Notes under the pieces: generated by a model | What the model was told of the DNA's origin: nothing | The model's database searches: none | What the model saw: the letters and a program-made list of their open reading frames with translations, nothing else | Assembly (NCBI GenBank): GCA_963771465.1 | Contig: CAVYTU010000015.1 | Location: 608,001-672,000, forward strand | Length of the DNA: 64,000 nt | Direction of reading: 5' to 3' | Origin: an uncultured delta proteobacterium | Lineage (GTDB): Bacteria > Desulfobacterota > Binatia > UBA9968 | Position numbers and translations under genes: made by a program | Shown: piece by piece, positions 20,622-31,668 of the stretch | Layout: each line of letters begins with the position of its first letter | Numbering within the stretch: the first letter of the stretch is position 1

Positions 20622-21794
20622 GCTCCCCCTGCTCTAACGTCGGCAGACCGAGCTGAAAAATCTGGCGATAACCCTTCACATAGTCCTCCGTCGAAAAAGT
20701 TTGCTGCGCAAAGACGCGCGCGGCATCGGCCCATCGCACGAGCCTTATCGGGATTTTTGAGCACCCAGCGGAGCTTTTCGGCCAGGGCTTCTCATCTCCT
20801 GGCGCAATCAAAAAGCCGTTGACACCGTCTTTGATTAACTCCGGAATCCCGCCGACCCACTGCCAATAACCGGAGTACCGTTGCCATGGCTTCGATAATT
20901 ACTCGGCCCAGTCCCTCAGACATGGACGGCAACACCAAAACAGATGCTTCTGCCATCCGAAATTGCCAGTTCTGACTGAGGCTGATGTGCCAGGAACTGT
21001 ACGCGATTTTCCAACCCGAGCTTTCTGATTTGATGCCTCAGATCGTCTGCATAGCCGACGTTTTCTTCTTTGCCGATAATTAGTAGTTGAGACTGCCGGA
21101 ACTCCTCAGCGGTGAATGAGAACGCATCGATCAGACAATGAATCCCTTTAAGCGGACTCACCACCCCGGCATAAAGGATCGAGAGGTCTCATTTGTTTTT
21201 GTTTTTCCAGCTTCCAAGAAACGTTTCGATATCGGTCCAGGCGGGAAATTGTACAATCGTCGTCTCCGGAGCCCAACGCTTCAATTGGTTCGTCGTAGAC
21301 GATGGAAATCGCCCGCAAGACATCGGCTTGCGCCAATGAATAGAGCGCCGCTTGTTTCATCAGAAAACGGTGCAGGGATCGAAACCGGATCTTGCGGTAC
21401 AAGAAAAGACTTTCTTCAAAATCGCCATGGACCTCGACCGCCAATCCCACTTTATATCCAAACCAAGCTGCGACACTTGATGGCCAACGCGGCGACGAAT
21501 CCTTCATAAGGGCTTTGGGCAACGACAACTTGAATGTCGGTGCCGAACGATTAACCCAAATAGAAGGAATTGGCCGAAAACGAATATCTCCAGATAGCGC
21601 AAGATCGGAAATGGCAGTTGGGGTAGCAAATAAAAGTGAGCGCGCTCGGCGAACATTCGAGGTCGAAGATTCGAGGAAAAACCAACAACAAATATTTCTC
21701 CAAGAGAACTGATCGCGAGGAATTTTTTTTCAGCGGTCTCGTCGAGCGGCCGAGTGTAACGGGCGCTGCCGAGAAAACAAACTTTAAGGCTCAT
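20602..21794 (-). CDS. Glycosyltransferase family 4, broken by several frameshifts
   Basis: Fragments 21504-21794, 21148-21528, 20916-21164 and 20602-20811 are collinear. EGLGRVIIEAMA motif near 20885-20918. Confidence 0.75.
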
Positions 21795-21797
21795 GCG

Positions 21798-22895
21798 TCA
21801 GCTCATTAGAACTTTTTTGTAAATCGGCACTAAGACCGACCAATCAAGCTTCGTCTCCGCGTAGCTTCGACCCGCATTCCCAAGTGAAGCGCGTTTTTCC
21901 TTATTCCTTGTGAGCTCGACCAACGCCTGAGCAAAATCCTGCTGCGTTTTGCACACGATTCCACAGTGGGCTTCTGTAATGACAAAACTCTCGTCCAGCT
22001 CTCGTGCAACCACGGGAATCCCGCTTGCCATAAACTGCGCAATCTTCACGCTGAACCGCGCCGGCGGCGGCGTCCAGGTTCTCGGATAGACCCCAATGTC
22101 GACGTTCGCGAGATAGTTCAGCATCTCTGAAAAAGGCACATAGCCAAATAATTTTACCGACGATGGGTGCTCCCGATCGACGTGTTCTTTTAGCGCTTCG
22201 CTGGGGTTACCGAAAAGCCAAAGCTTAAGCCGCGGCTCCGATTTTCGCGCGTCGTCGAAGGCGCCGAAAAGGAAATCCAGATCGTCCTGATCGCTCCGCC
22301 GGCGATTCGATCCGTCGGCAGCCATGGTCAACGTGGGAGCATGATACCCAAGGATTACATCATTTTCGTTTTTGATGTCGTTACGGATCGCCGCCACTTT
22401 TACCGGGTCGGTTTGGCCGACAGGCACTCCCTGGGGCACGACGTGGATAGGGCGCACTACACCCATTTGCTCGAAGATGCTTTTGGCTTTTTCGGTGGTG
22501 ACAACGATTGCTTTAACTTGCGCCAGGTTGAGTGCTTCGACTTCCTCGGGCGAAAATACCGGATCGTCGATATCGACGACGACACTTTTAAGTTTGGGCC
22601 ATGCTGCGATCTGATCGTAGCTCACGGTAAAGAGTGTGTCGTATTTGCGCGCCAAATACTTCAGCGCGGCAGGATAAATCAAGCAATGACTGACGAGATT
22701 CCAAGCGCGGTATTGGAGCCCACGAATAATTCGCTGGCGGCTCAACGTCACTTTGTTAAAATCGATCACCGAGGAAAGTCTCGGGAATAGATCAGCATAA
22801 CGGGGGTTGGTATGGTGGGGGAACCACAGTGTAAAACATATAACTTTGCTATTACTTGTCATTGTTGGATTTTTTTGTCTCTCAAACACGAACAC
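21798..22895 (-). CDS. Glycosyltransferase (GT-B, family 4-like)
   Basis: VVVDIDDP, GYVPFSEM..YLANVDIG, SVKIAQFMASGIPVV. Confidence 0.82.
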   Translation of the reverse strand: MFVFERQKNPTMTSNSKVICFTLWFPHHTNPRYADLFPRLSSVIDFNKVTLSRQRIIRGLQYRAWNLVSHCLIYPAALKYLARKYDTLFTVSYDQIAAWPKLKSVVVDIDDPVFSPEEVEALNLAQVKAIVVTTEKAKSIFEQMGVVRPIHVVPQGVPVGQTDPVKVAAIRNDIKNENDVILGYHAPTLTMAADGSNRRRSDQDDLDFLFGAFDDARKSEPRLKLWLFGNPSEALKEHVDREHPSSVKLFGYVPFSEMLNYLANVDIGVYPRTWTPPPARFSVKIAQFMASGIPVVARELDESFVITEAHCGIVCKTQQDFAQALVELTRNKEKRASLGNAGRSYAETKLDWSVLVPIYKKVLMS

Positions 22896-22922
22896 TATTT
22901 TATCGTTGGGCTAAAACCGGGC

Positions 22923-23954
22923 TTATGGTTGCATCACACGCCCCATGCCTTTCATTACTGCGGAAGTACCCAACAAACGATAATCGAGCTTTAGCGCCCG
23001 CACCACGATTGGTATCGAACCAAGCCTGCTGAAACGCGATGCCTGCAGCGCCAGAGATGCCACTCTCTTAGCGGCGTCCCAAGAGATCTCTCTTCGCTCA
23101 TTGAGAGTCAGAACATTTTCTCTCACGAATTTTTTGTGAAGTTTTTGGATTAACGCAGCGGTTAAACGAATTTGCCTTAAATCCTCGAACGGAGGGCCAA
23201 CTCGCGTTTGCCGGAGTCCGATCACAGCTTCAATCGGAGGATCGACCTTTAGAAACTGCTTGATAAAAGAAGCTAGTAATTGGACATGCGATTCCCTTGC
23301 AGGTTGGCGACGGTTCTGGCTTACGCTTCCCTCCCATACACGATACTTAAGGAGCAATTCTGGGACATTGCCAAATTCCGTGATTGCGCTTGCCCGCAAC
23401 CACAGATCTACATCCTCCGTATAAACGGCATAGTTTCGGTAGAAACCAAGTTCTTCTAAGATTCGGCGCCGCATAAGCACAGAGGGATGAGCGACGCAGA
23501 CACCAAAGAAGTGCGTCCATTTGAGCACTTTGGGATTCGGGGGCGGACACCAGGTTCCGATCATCCGGCCGTTCTCGGCGAGTTTGCAGATCCAAGTGCC
23601 CAAGATCCCGATTTGAGGATGTCTCTCGATATATTCCAACTGTTTTTCAAGCCTATGGGCGTAGCTAATATCGTCTGCATCCATGCGTGCGATGTACTCA
23701 CCGTGTGCCAACCGGCAACCGCGGTTCAAGGCCGCGATCATCCCCTGATTTTCTTGATGAAGGACCCGTATCCGACCATCGGACTGCTCGTATCGTTTGA
23801 GGATAGAAGCCGTATCATCCGACGAGCCATCATTGATGATGATAAATTCGAAGTCATGAAACGTCTGTTTTAGTATGCTGCTAATCGCTTCATCTATATA
23901 TGCGCCGGCATTGTAAGCCGGCATCACGACGCTGATTTTGGGAGCTGAGGTCAT
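22923..23954 (-). CDS. Glycosyltransferase family 2
   Basis: ISVVMPAYN, IINDGSSD, YIARMDADD, EDVDLWLR. Confidence 0.93.
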   Translation of the reverse strand: MTSAPKISVVMPAYNAGAYIDEAISSILKQTFHDFEFIIINDGSSDDTASILKRYEQSDGRIRVLHQENQGMIAALNRGCRLAHGEYIARMDADDISYAHRLEKQLEYIERHPQIGILGTWICKLAENGRMIGTWCPPPNPKVLKWTHFFGVCVAHPSVLMRRRILEELGFYRNYAVYTEDVDLWLRASAITEFGNVPELLLKYRVWEGSVSQNRRQPARESHVQLLASFIKQFLKVDPPIEAVIGLRQTRVGPPFEDLRQIRLTAALIQKLHKKFVRENVLTLNERREISWDAAKRVASLALQASRFSRLGSIPIVVRALKLDYRLLGTSAVMKGMGRVMQP

Positions 23955-23957
23955 CGT

Positions 23958-25385
23958 TCAAATACCGCGCTTGACTAACCGGAGCGCGACAGCCGCGCCA
24001 ACAATGTTCATCGTCAGATACCAAATCGCCGCACCAACATACCCGAATCGCACCACCACAAGTGGGTAAATCGCGCCAAATAAAAGAGTCACTACGCCGC
24101 TGGAAAGAAACCAATATCGATAGTGGCCTTGAGCGAGGAAGAAAGGTCTAACCCAGAAGAAAACCAGTCCGAGAGATGAAGCAATCAGCAACACCTGGGT
24201 CGGAACAATTGCATTCTGAAACGCTGCGCCTGCCAAAACAGGCAATACGAACGGCACAACTGCGACGGATAACAGGCTCACCAGACCCAAGGGCAAACCT
24301 ATCTTTAGAAAAAGAACCCGCACTCGGCGACGAAACGACTCTTTGTCGCCCGCTCCCCACATCTTCGTTATTTCTGGATACGTGACCGCCGCAAGCGGCG
24401 CGGAAATGTATCCCGTTACAGTGGCAAAGGATTTGGCAAGCTTATAATAACTCACGTCCAGTGGTCCTCGAAAATAGCCGAGAACGAGTAGATCTAGTTG
24501 CTGCGGAATCATAGCTATGAGAACGGTCAAGTCGCTATACGCAAGAAATCGCAATATCTCACGGCGTTGGCCCTTGAGCGCCTGCCATCGACCCCTTAGA
24601 GGCGTATTGCCGTAGAGGCGGTAGATCAAACGCCATGTGATACCCAGTTGAACGACTCCGGCGACGAATAACGCGATTGCGCTTCCCCAAATCACACCCT
24701 CCACACCCAACCCGAGAAAAACTAGAGTCAATACCAGACCAGTGCGAAACACTTGAATAGTGATATCGGTCCATCCAACTATCGCGAAGCGTCCGAGACT
24801 GTGCAATGTCGCTTTACATGTGCGAGTCAATGCCGACGGTAGGAATGATGCCGCAAAGACGATGATGAGCACAGCCATCTCGGAGTGTCGGGCGATATTG
24901 GTAGCTGCCCACTTAGCAGTCAATGATACGGCCAAAAACGCCGTGATCGCTATTACGAGATCCAATACATGGCCAAACTTACACAGAGCCAAGAACCGCT
25001 CACGGTCATTGCGAGCATACGACTCGCTTAGGTATTTGACCAAGGCATCACCAGACCGCACATCAAAAACACCAAAGATAAAATTTGGATAGCTCATCAC
25101 CAGCGTTACTAAACCGTAAAGTTCGGGCTGAAGCCATCGAGCGATCAAAATGCCTTGGCCTAGCGACAGGGCCGCCCCCGAAACGCCAGCGACACTTAGT
25201 ATTCCAACGTCCCGGAAAAACTTTTCGCGGCGGACTCTGACAAGAACTTTTGATATGGAGTAACCGACGACTTGCTTCATGCCGTCTGTTTTTATGGCCC
25301 ACGCGGAGTAGTCAAATCTGGACTGTCGACCGGAATGTTGCATGATACAGCTCGAATCAGTGACTAGATGAGCGTCTTTCACCAA
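23958..25385 (-). CDS. wzx: Oligosaccharide flippase (Wzx)
   Basis: About 12 TM segments, ARWLQPELYG, LDLLVLGYF..VSYYKLA pattern. Confidence 0.82.
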   Translation of the reverse strand: MVKDAHLVTDSSCIMQHSGRQSRFDYSAWAIKTDGMKQVVGYSISKVLVRVRREKFFRDVGILSVAGVSGAALSLGQGILIARWLQPELYGLVTLVMSYPNFIFGVFDVRSGDALVKYLSESYARNDRERFLALCKFGHVLDLVIAITAFLAVSLTAKWAATNIARHSEMAVLIIVFAASFLPSALTRTCKATLHSLGRFAIVGWTDITIQVFRTGLVLTLVFLGLGVEGVIWGSAIALFVAGVVQLGITWRLIYRLYGNTPLRGRWQALKGQRREILRFLAYSDLTVLIAMIPQQLDLLVLGYFRGPLDVSYYKLAKSFATVTGYISAPLAAVTYPEITKMWGAGDKESFRRRVRVLFLKIGLPLGLVSLLSVAVVPFVLPVLAGAAFQNAIVPTQVLLIASSLGLVFFWVRPFFLAQGHYRYWFLSSGVVTLLFGAIYPLVVVRFGYVGAAIWYLTMNIVGAAVALRLVKRGI

Positions 25386-26226
25386 ACAAACGTCTCTGAA
25401 TCGTTTCTCTCAGAACACGCGGCAACTCCCCCAATACACCTCTTAGAGTTTTATATCGGTTAAGAAACTCAACATAAATCACGTCAAGCTCTGCGAGTCT
25501 CTCTTCCTCTCGCAATGCCTCCGACTCAATGATCGCATCCCGCGACGCATACAAAAAAAGATTTTGTCGATACCACCATTGGACATGGCTGTTTCTCCAG
25601 ATGTGCCGCCTTATCGGATCTAATCTTTGAAAGCCATTTTCCGTGAAAAGCGCCTTCCAGTACGAGGGCCATTGTTCGTTCACATGGCCCGGTCCGCGCT
25701 GACCCGGGATAGCAGCGGAAAAGAGAACAAAAGGTGCGACAGTGGTTAACATGCGGACCAAACCGGGAGCGGCCGCTTCTGGCAGGTGTTCGGCCACTTC
25801 CAAGCAGATAGCCAGATCAAAGCGCTGGTCTATTTCTATCGGCTTCGCCAGATCTACTGCCGTAAAGCAGCTCGGCTGCACCAACAGTTTTGATCGGTCT
25901 ATGTAGTCTCCATCAAACCCACGAAACATCTTTATGCGATGTTCCTCGCAGACTTTAAGCCAGGCGCCAAGTCCACAGCCAATGTCAACCACACTTGCAG
26001 GGCTAATAAGCTTTAATAAGAGCGGGACGATAATTCTCGCAGATTCAACCGTATCTTGTGTAACTCTTGCGAAGAACGTGTCGTCGTAGACAGCTCGGAA
26101 TTTATCAGCCATCTCGCCAGTGGAAGACTGCTCTGCTAATACTCGGGGAAAATTATCGGAAATAGTTCTTATCGTTTCATTCGCTGCATTCATATAGTCC
26201 TTTTCCTGTTTGCTCTGTTCAAGCAT
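25357..26226 (-). CDS. Class I SAM-dependent methyltransferase
   Basis: SVVDIGCGLG, FDLAICLEVAEH, FSAAIPGQ.G.GHVNEQW. Confidence 0.88.
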   Translation of the reverse strand: MLEQSKQEKDYMNAANETIRTISDNFPRVLAEQSSTGEMADKFRAVYDDTFFARVTQDTVESARIIVPLLLKLISPASVVDIGCGLGAWLKVCEEHRIKMFRGFDGDYIDRSKLLVQPSCFTAVDLAKPIEIDQRFDLAICLEVAEHLPEAAAPGLVRMLTTVAPFVLFSAAIPGQRGPGHVNEQWPSYWKALFTENGFQRLDPIRRHIWRNSHVQWWYRQNLFLYASRDAIIESEALREEERLAELDVIYVEFLNRYKTLRGVLGELPRVLRETIQRRLFGERRSSSH

Positions 26227-26310
26227 TTTTCACCAGTTTGTAGGTCATGACTCGAACTAAAGCATGCCGGGATCCAACTACGAATTAGCGATACTATCGA
26301 TTGAGATGCT

Positions 26311-27120
26311 CTAGTTGCTACTGCAAATGTCCGAAGCCAGCTCTGGTTGTTTCGTATACCGATCCATTTTCGTCTGCGCTGTCAGATTACCACTGACGGT
26401 TTTTTTAATGAGGAAGCACACATCGTTGTCATACTGCCGGATGCGCCCGGCCAAAGATGACTCCGAGAGGAAGTCATGCAGTGCCCGCGCACAACCGTCC
26501 CAAGCGTAATAATCGTCCAAGATTATCAAACCACCCTCAGCGACAAAGGGGTAGAGACGCCTTAGACAGGTCAGGGTAGAGTCGTACCAATCGGCGTCGA
26601 GCCTTAGAACGGCAATGGGTTGGTTCGGCGTAAAAGCAGATAGGCTGTCCTCGAACCATCCTTCAACGACCCGAAAACTGTGGACACCGGCGAGCTCCAT
26701 GGCTTGCTTGGCACTGTTAACCGATGCCTTGCAGTTGTCGTGGTAGGCAGGCGAGCTTTTATCGGCCTGCCAGGTCAGTGCCTTTTCGCCATCGATGGCT
26801 TTTGCCTGCGGTAATCCATCAAAACTATCGAACAGGAAGTACTCTCTTCGTGGGCCCAAGATGCTGGCGATCCCGGCAATCATCCCACCCTTCCAGACAC
26901 CGCATTCGACGATAATGCCGGGAACGACCCCATACTTCTCCACCACGGCTAGGTTTTTCATGTAAGTTATTGCTGGAATCATTGTAAAGTCGCGGAACCT
27001 GCGAAAGACCCGGTAAAACTTCCAGTACGAGATAATTCGACGGCCGAGATAGCTTGCGCCACGGATGAATCGCTTCGCCGTCGGAGCGCTTTCCGCCCAG
27101 TCCACTAGTGTTCCGAACAC
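26311..27120 (-). CDS. TylF/MycF/NovP-family O-methyltransferase
   Basis: VECGVWKGG, LFDSFDGLP, GWFEDSL, LRLDADWYDST, IILDDY. Confidence 0.92.
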   Translation of the reverse strand: MFGTLVDWAESAPTAKRFIRGASYLGRRIISYWKFYRVFRRFRDFTMIPAITYMKNLAVVEKYGVVPGIIVECGVWKGGMIAGIASILGPRREYFLFDSFDGLPQAKAIDGEKALTWQADKSSPAYHDNCKASVNSAKQAMELAGVHSFRVVEGWFEDSLSAFTPNQPIAVLRLDADWYDSTLTCLRRLYPFVAEGGLIILDDYYAWDGCARALHDFLSESSLAGRIRQYDNDVCFLIKKTVSGNLTAQTKMDRYTKQPELASDICSSN

Positions 27121-27130
27121 TCTTTTCCTT

Positions 27131-28292
27131 TCATCCGCCCGCGTGAATTACCTTGGCGCGTAATCGAATCGGCGCACAGGATGTCAAAACCGCTTCGGTA
27201 CTACCGATCATTTTCGACGCTTGAAAACTTTGCAGGGTATTCTGGATACCGGAGACCAAACGTTGCCTTTTGTCTCTGGATGACATTAGGTTCGCGAGCG
27301 TTTGCGCCAATGCTCCGCTAGCATTGGGGGATATCAAGATGCCGTTTTCGCCATCTCGCACCAACTCCGGCGTGCCACCCACCGCAGTCGCAACAACCGG
27401 TAATCCGGCAGCCATCGCTTCTATCACGACATGGGGAAAGCCTTCATAGGTCGAATTCAGGACAAAGAGATCGCAGGCCGGCCATTAGGTCATAAGTTTC
27501 TTGCTTGCTTTTTTGCCCCGCGAAATACACTCGATCATTCAAATTATTTTCTCTTGTGAGCGACTCCAGCCGCTGACGCTCTGGTCCATCACCGACGATT
27601 ACCAAACCCGCGTCATGAAGCTGCCCGAGTGCCTCGATAAGCCGATCAATCTGTTTCCATGGCACGAGCCTGCCGACCGTCACGATCTTGAATCGCGTTG
27701 TCAACGGAACGTTAATCGGAGCCGCGGAAGGAATCTCCACCGCGTTATAGACGATGGAAATCTTGCTCGCGGTCACACCCCACTTGCCAACCGCGCGAGC
27801 CAGGTACTCGCTTGGGGTAATCAGGGAATCCGCCCGACGCACGCAAAACGTTCGAAGGGTTTTTAACAATTCCACTTTGAATCCGTAGGCGCGTTTCTGA
27901 AATTCCTCGAAATTATCTTTGATCCATCCTTTATTGGTCGACCGCTCCCAGGCCCAGTCGCCGACGATTTTTTGCACCATCGGTTTACGCAGAAAGAAGT
28001 TCGCGGCCACCGCCTCGAGCTGAAGCCCGTTAACGTAAAGCACCTGAACCTGTCGACCCTCGCGCAAGATGGCTGCCACAGTGCGCACAAATCGCCAGGG
28101 CTTGAAGGTAGTGCGCCGGATACGTCGTACACGGAATGGATAGGAACGGTCGTCGTGATCGAGGGAGTCACTGAGAGTCAGAACCGTAATGTTGTGGCCG
28201 CGCTTGACCAGCTCGCTCGCCATCGTCGGCACGTAGGTGGCGGGCCCGCCGATATCCGGCGGGAAGATCCCAGTGATCATTAACAAGTTCAT
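27131..28292 (-). CDS. Glycosyltransferase family 4 (frameshift near 27480)
   Basis: ITGIFPPDIGGPATY, VGRLVPWK, then YEGFPHVVIEAMAAGLPVVAT in the shifted frame. Confidence 0.85.
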
Positions 28293-28356
28293 CGGAGAAA
28301 CGAGGTGTTCCACTTTCATACTATGCCCGAATATCATCGCAGCCGAGTGATTCTTG

Positions 28357-28427
28357 AGTTCAAACCTTTGAACGGAGATCGCGAAGCGATCGGTTGAACG
28401 GAGCGTAGCGATTGAACGGTTTGAACG
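28357..28427. repeat. Intergenic GTTCAA/TTGAAC-rich REP-like element
   Basis: 28393-28427 is a 31/35 inverted match to 31582-31616. Confidence 0.6.
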
Positions 28428-28444
28428 TACTTGTTTCCTACCGT

Positions 28445-29748
28445 TTAGAGACTCCAGTACAGCAAATCTTTTTTCGCGCGCAGCGCGCTCATCGCGCCTT
28501 TCAGATCGACAAATACCGCCGGGTGGTCATGGTTTGCCAGCAACTCGATGTAGGTTTCCGCGTGTGTGTCACGGAAAATTTTATGCGGCACCGCCAACAC
28601 AACCGCGTCGAATTTTTCATTGCCGCCAAACGGATCGGCGACGACACGAACGTTGAAGAGCTCCAAGTCTTTTGGGCGGACCAAGGGATCGGCGACCGCA
28701 ACTTCAATTCCGTGCTCTTCCAGCTCGCGCATCAAATCAGTGACGCGCGTATTACGCACGTCGGGGACGTTTTCCTTGAACGCGCCGCCGAGCACCAGCG
28801 CTTTAGCGCCGCGCACGACTTTACCCGATTGGATCAGCAGCCGGATGGTTTCCTGGGCGACGTAGCGTCCCATGGAGTCATTGATGCGCCGGCCGGCGAG
28901 GATCACGTCGGGGTGATAATCGATCTCCTGGGCTTTATGCGTCAGATAATAGGGATCCACGGGTATGCAGTGACCGCCGACAAGACCCGGCTCGAAGGGT
29001 AAAAAATTCCATTTGCTGCGCGCCGCCTTGAAGACCGCCGCGCTATCCAAATCCATGCGATGAAACAGCACCGCCAGTTCGTTCATCAGCGCGATATTGA
29101 GATCGCGCTGGATGTTTTCAATGACTTTGGCCGCTTCGGCGACGCGAATGCTCGGCGCCTTGTGAATCCCCGCCTTCACCACGAGTCCGTACGTCTGGGC
29201 CAATACCTCGGCGGTTTCCGGGTCCTGTCCCGAGACGATTTTCATGACGTTTTCAAAGGTATGCTCGGTGTCGCCGGGGTTGATGCGTTCCGGCGAATAA
29301 CCGACTTTGAAATCGCTGCCGTATTGCAGCTTCGACTCGCGCTCCAGGATGGGAACGCAGATCTCTTCGGTGCAGCCCGGATAGACCGTCGATTCGTAAA
29401 CGACGATGGTGCCGCGGGCCAGGTTTTTTCCGATCAAGCGGCTGGCCTCGACCAGCGGCGCTGAGATCCGGCTGCTTCGCCTTGTCGACCGGCGTCGGCA
29501 CCGCGACGATGATCAGTCCGGCGCGCTTGCAGTTGCGCCGGGTCTGCAGTCATCTCCAGGGGCGCAGCGGTCAAGTCGGCCTCGGTCATTTCACCATTGC
29601 GATCCAGACCCTTTTTCAGCTCAGTGATGCGCTCCTGATTGATGTCAAAGCCGATAGTCGGCAAAACCTGGCTAAAGGCTGTCGCCAATGGAAGTCCCAC
29701 ATACCCTAAGCCGACGACGGCAAGTTGTGACGGTAAATTTTCGGTCAT
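28445..29748 (-). CDS. UDP-N-acetyl-D-hexosamine 6-dehydrogenase (WbpO/TviB-like), frameshifts near 29460-29530
   Basis: VVGLGYVGLPLA, YESTVYPG, GYSPERINPG, GGHCIPVDP, FKENVPDVRN. Confidence 0.9.
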
Positions 29749-31555
29749 AGTTTCGCCAGCGTCCTGTTCGACAAATTCAACCGCAATTGCTTGACCCACA
29801 GTCCTTGTTCCTCGCATACAGTGCGGATCTGCTCGGCGTGCCCATTCGCCAAGATACCGGCGAAGAGATGATGCAGCCTGCCACTTTTTCGCGTTGTAGG
29901 ATTTCGGCCAGTTTGTCCGCACCGCCGAAAATTCGTAGCCCCGCGACGGAGCGACCTTGCTTCACGGATCGTCGTCCAGGAAGCCGACCGGCTGGTATTC
30001 CACCTGGTCGTTCTTGCGGCACTCGCGCAGCACCACTTCGCCGCCGTCGCCGGCGCCGTAGATGAGCACGGGAACCTTTTGTTTCCTCGAGCGATGGATG
30101 AGCGAAGCGAACAGGCGGAACGACAGACGGCTGCCGGCGACGCCAACGAACAACAGCTACACCGTAAACAACCATAACGATGCGCGAGTAGCCGTCGAAC
30201 CCGTAAACCGCTAGCAAGCCGGCCATAGAAAACAGCGTCGCGCACATTACCGCCTTGGCGATGCTAACTAAATCTTCGATACCGGTGTAACGCCACAGGC
30301 CCCGATAATTACCGAAAAGAAAAAATGCCGAATACGAGGCAATCAAGACGACCGGCAGCGAATCGACGAATAAATTGAGTTGAAACTGATTGAGGTGAAA
30401 TTCAAAACGCAGCGCAAAGGCAAGATAATAAGCGGTAGAAATCACCGCCATGTCGAGCAAGACCTGCACGAGCCGCCGCTTGTACGTGAGGGTTGACAGC
30501 AGCATGGTAAATTTCTTTTCGGTTGCGCGGCGACGCGCCTCGTCCGCCGACACCACCTCGACCTGGGCCAGATAGGCGGTGAAAAGTGTAAACACGATCA
30601 ACACCAGAGGCAAAATCGCTAAACTAAGGCCATGAGAATATCCTTCGATGAATATCGCGGTCGCCCCGGCGACTATTGCCATCAAATAGAGCAGTACGAC
30701 GGCATTGGGTTCGCTCAACCCGAGAGTAACCAGACGATGCGATGAATGGTCCTTGCCGCCCTGGGAAATCGGCTGGCCGCGCAGCAAGCGAGTGACCGTG
30801 ACCAGCGTGGTGTCGAGGATCGGCACCAGCAAGATGCAAGTGGGCACCGCGACCAAGGACAATATGTTAGAGGCTTCGCCGTTGGCGTGAACCGTTAGGA
30901 TACTTAGGGAAGCGCCCAAAAACAGACTGCCGGCATCACCCATGAACAGCGAAGCCGGGTAAAAATTATGAAACAGAAAGCCGCCCACCGCGCCGGCGAG
31001 CGCCAGAGCGATGACCGTATAGGTGACGTCGCCTTGTTGGTGAAAAAGCAACGCCAGATAGAGCGCTGCGATCAAGCCGATGCCGCCCGCCAGCCCGTCC
31101 ATGTTGTCGAGTAAATTAACCGCGTTGGTCAGGCCAACAATCCAGACCGCGCTTAGTAATGCATCAAGCGGAGCCCAGCCAAAAACGTACAGTCGGTAGT
31201 CAAAGTAGATGGCAACGGCCGCGCTGGCGATCTGGCCGATGAGTTTGGTTGCTGGATTGAGCCGGTGCAGGTCGTCGTAGATGCCGACCAGGAACATCAG
31301 AGTGACGACCAGCAAAAACGGCAGGGCCGATGTGAGACTCGGAGAGAAAAGCGCAGCCGTCGCGACAAAACCGGCGTAGAACGCCACCCCGCCGAGAGTC
31401 GGAGTCGGGCGCGAGTGCCAGCGATCTTTTTTCGGCAGCGCGACACAACCCCAATGCACCGCGAGACGCCTCACCGCCGGCACGCACCCGAGCGTCAACA
31501 GCAAGGAAGTCGCCGCTGCCAAAAATATCAGTGTGTTATCCCAAACTGAAAACAT
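29745..31555 (-). CDS. WecA/MraY-family undecaprenyl-phosphate sugar-1-P transferase fused to TM and CoA-binding-like domains (frameshifts near 29860-30150)
   Basis: PTLGG, GIYDD, NAVNLLDNMDGLAGG, FMGDAGS, DHSSHRL. C-terminal YRGLWRY and LIYGAGDGG..VGFLDDDP. Confidence 0.85.
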
Positions 31556-31581
31556 CCGTCATCTCCGACCCGATGACTCGT

Positions 31582-31652
31582 CGTTCAAGCCGTTCAACCG
31601 CTGTGCTCCGTTCAACACGTTTGCACGCTGGAATGATTTGAACCTTTGGAAC
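31582..31652. repeat. Intergenic GTTCAA-rich REP-like element
   Basis: CGTTCAAGCCGTTCAACCGCTGTGCTCCGTTCAAC..TTTGAACCTTTGGAAC. Inverted copy at 28393-28427. Confidence 0.6.
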
Positions 31653-31668
31653 TCCGCCATCAACGTTG

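Noticed and set aside
19490-30245. Phase variation or programmed frameshifting in EPS genes
   Set aside because: Breaks are not in long homopolymer or simple-repeat tracts, and the same kind of indel hits purH, purD and alr.
28357-31652. GTTCAA/TTGAAC repeats as a CRISPR array
   Set aside because: The units are short and irregular, with no constant repeat-spacer period and no cas genes.
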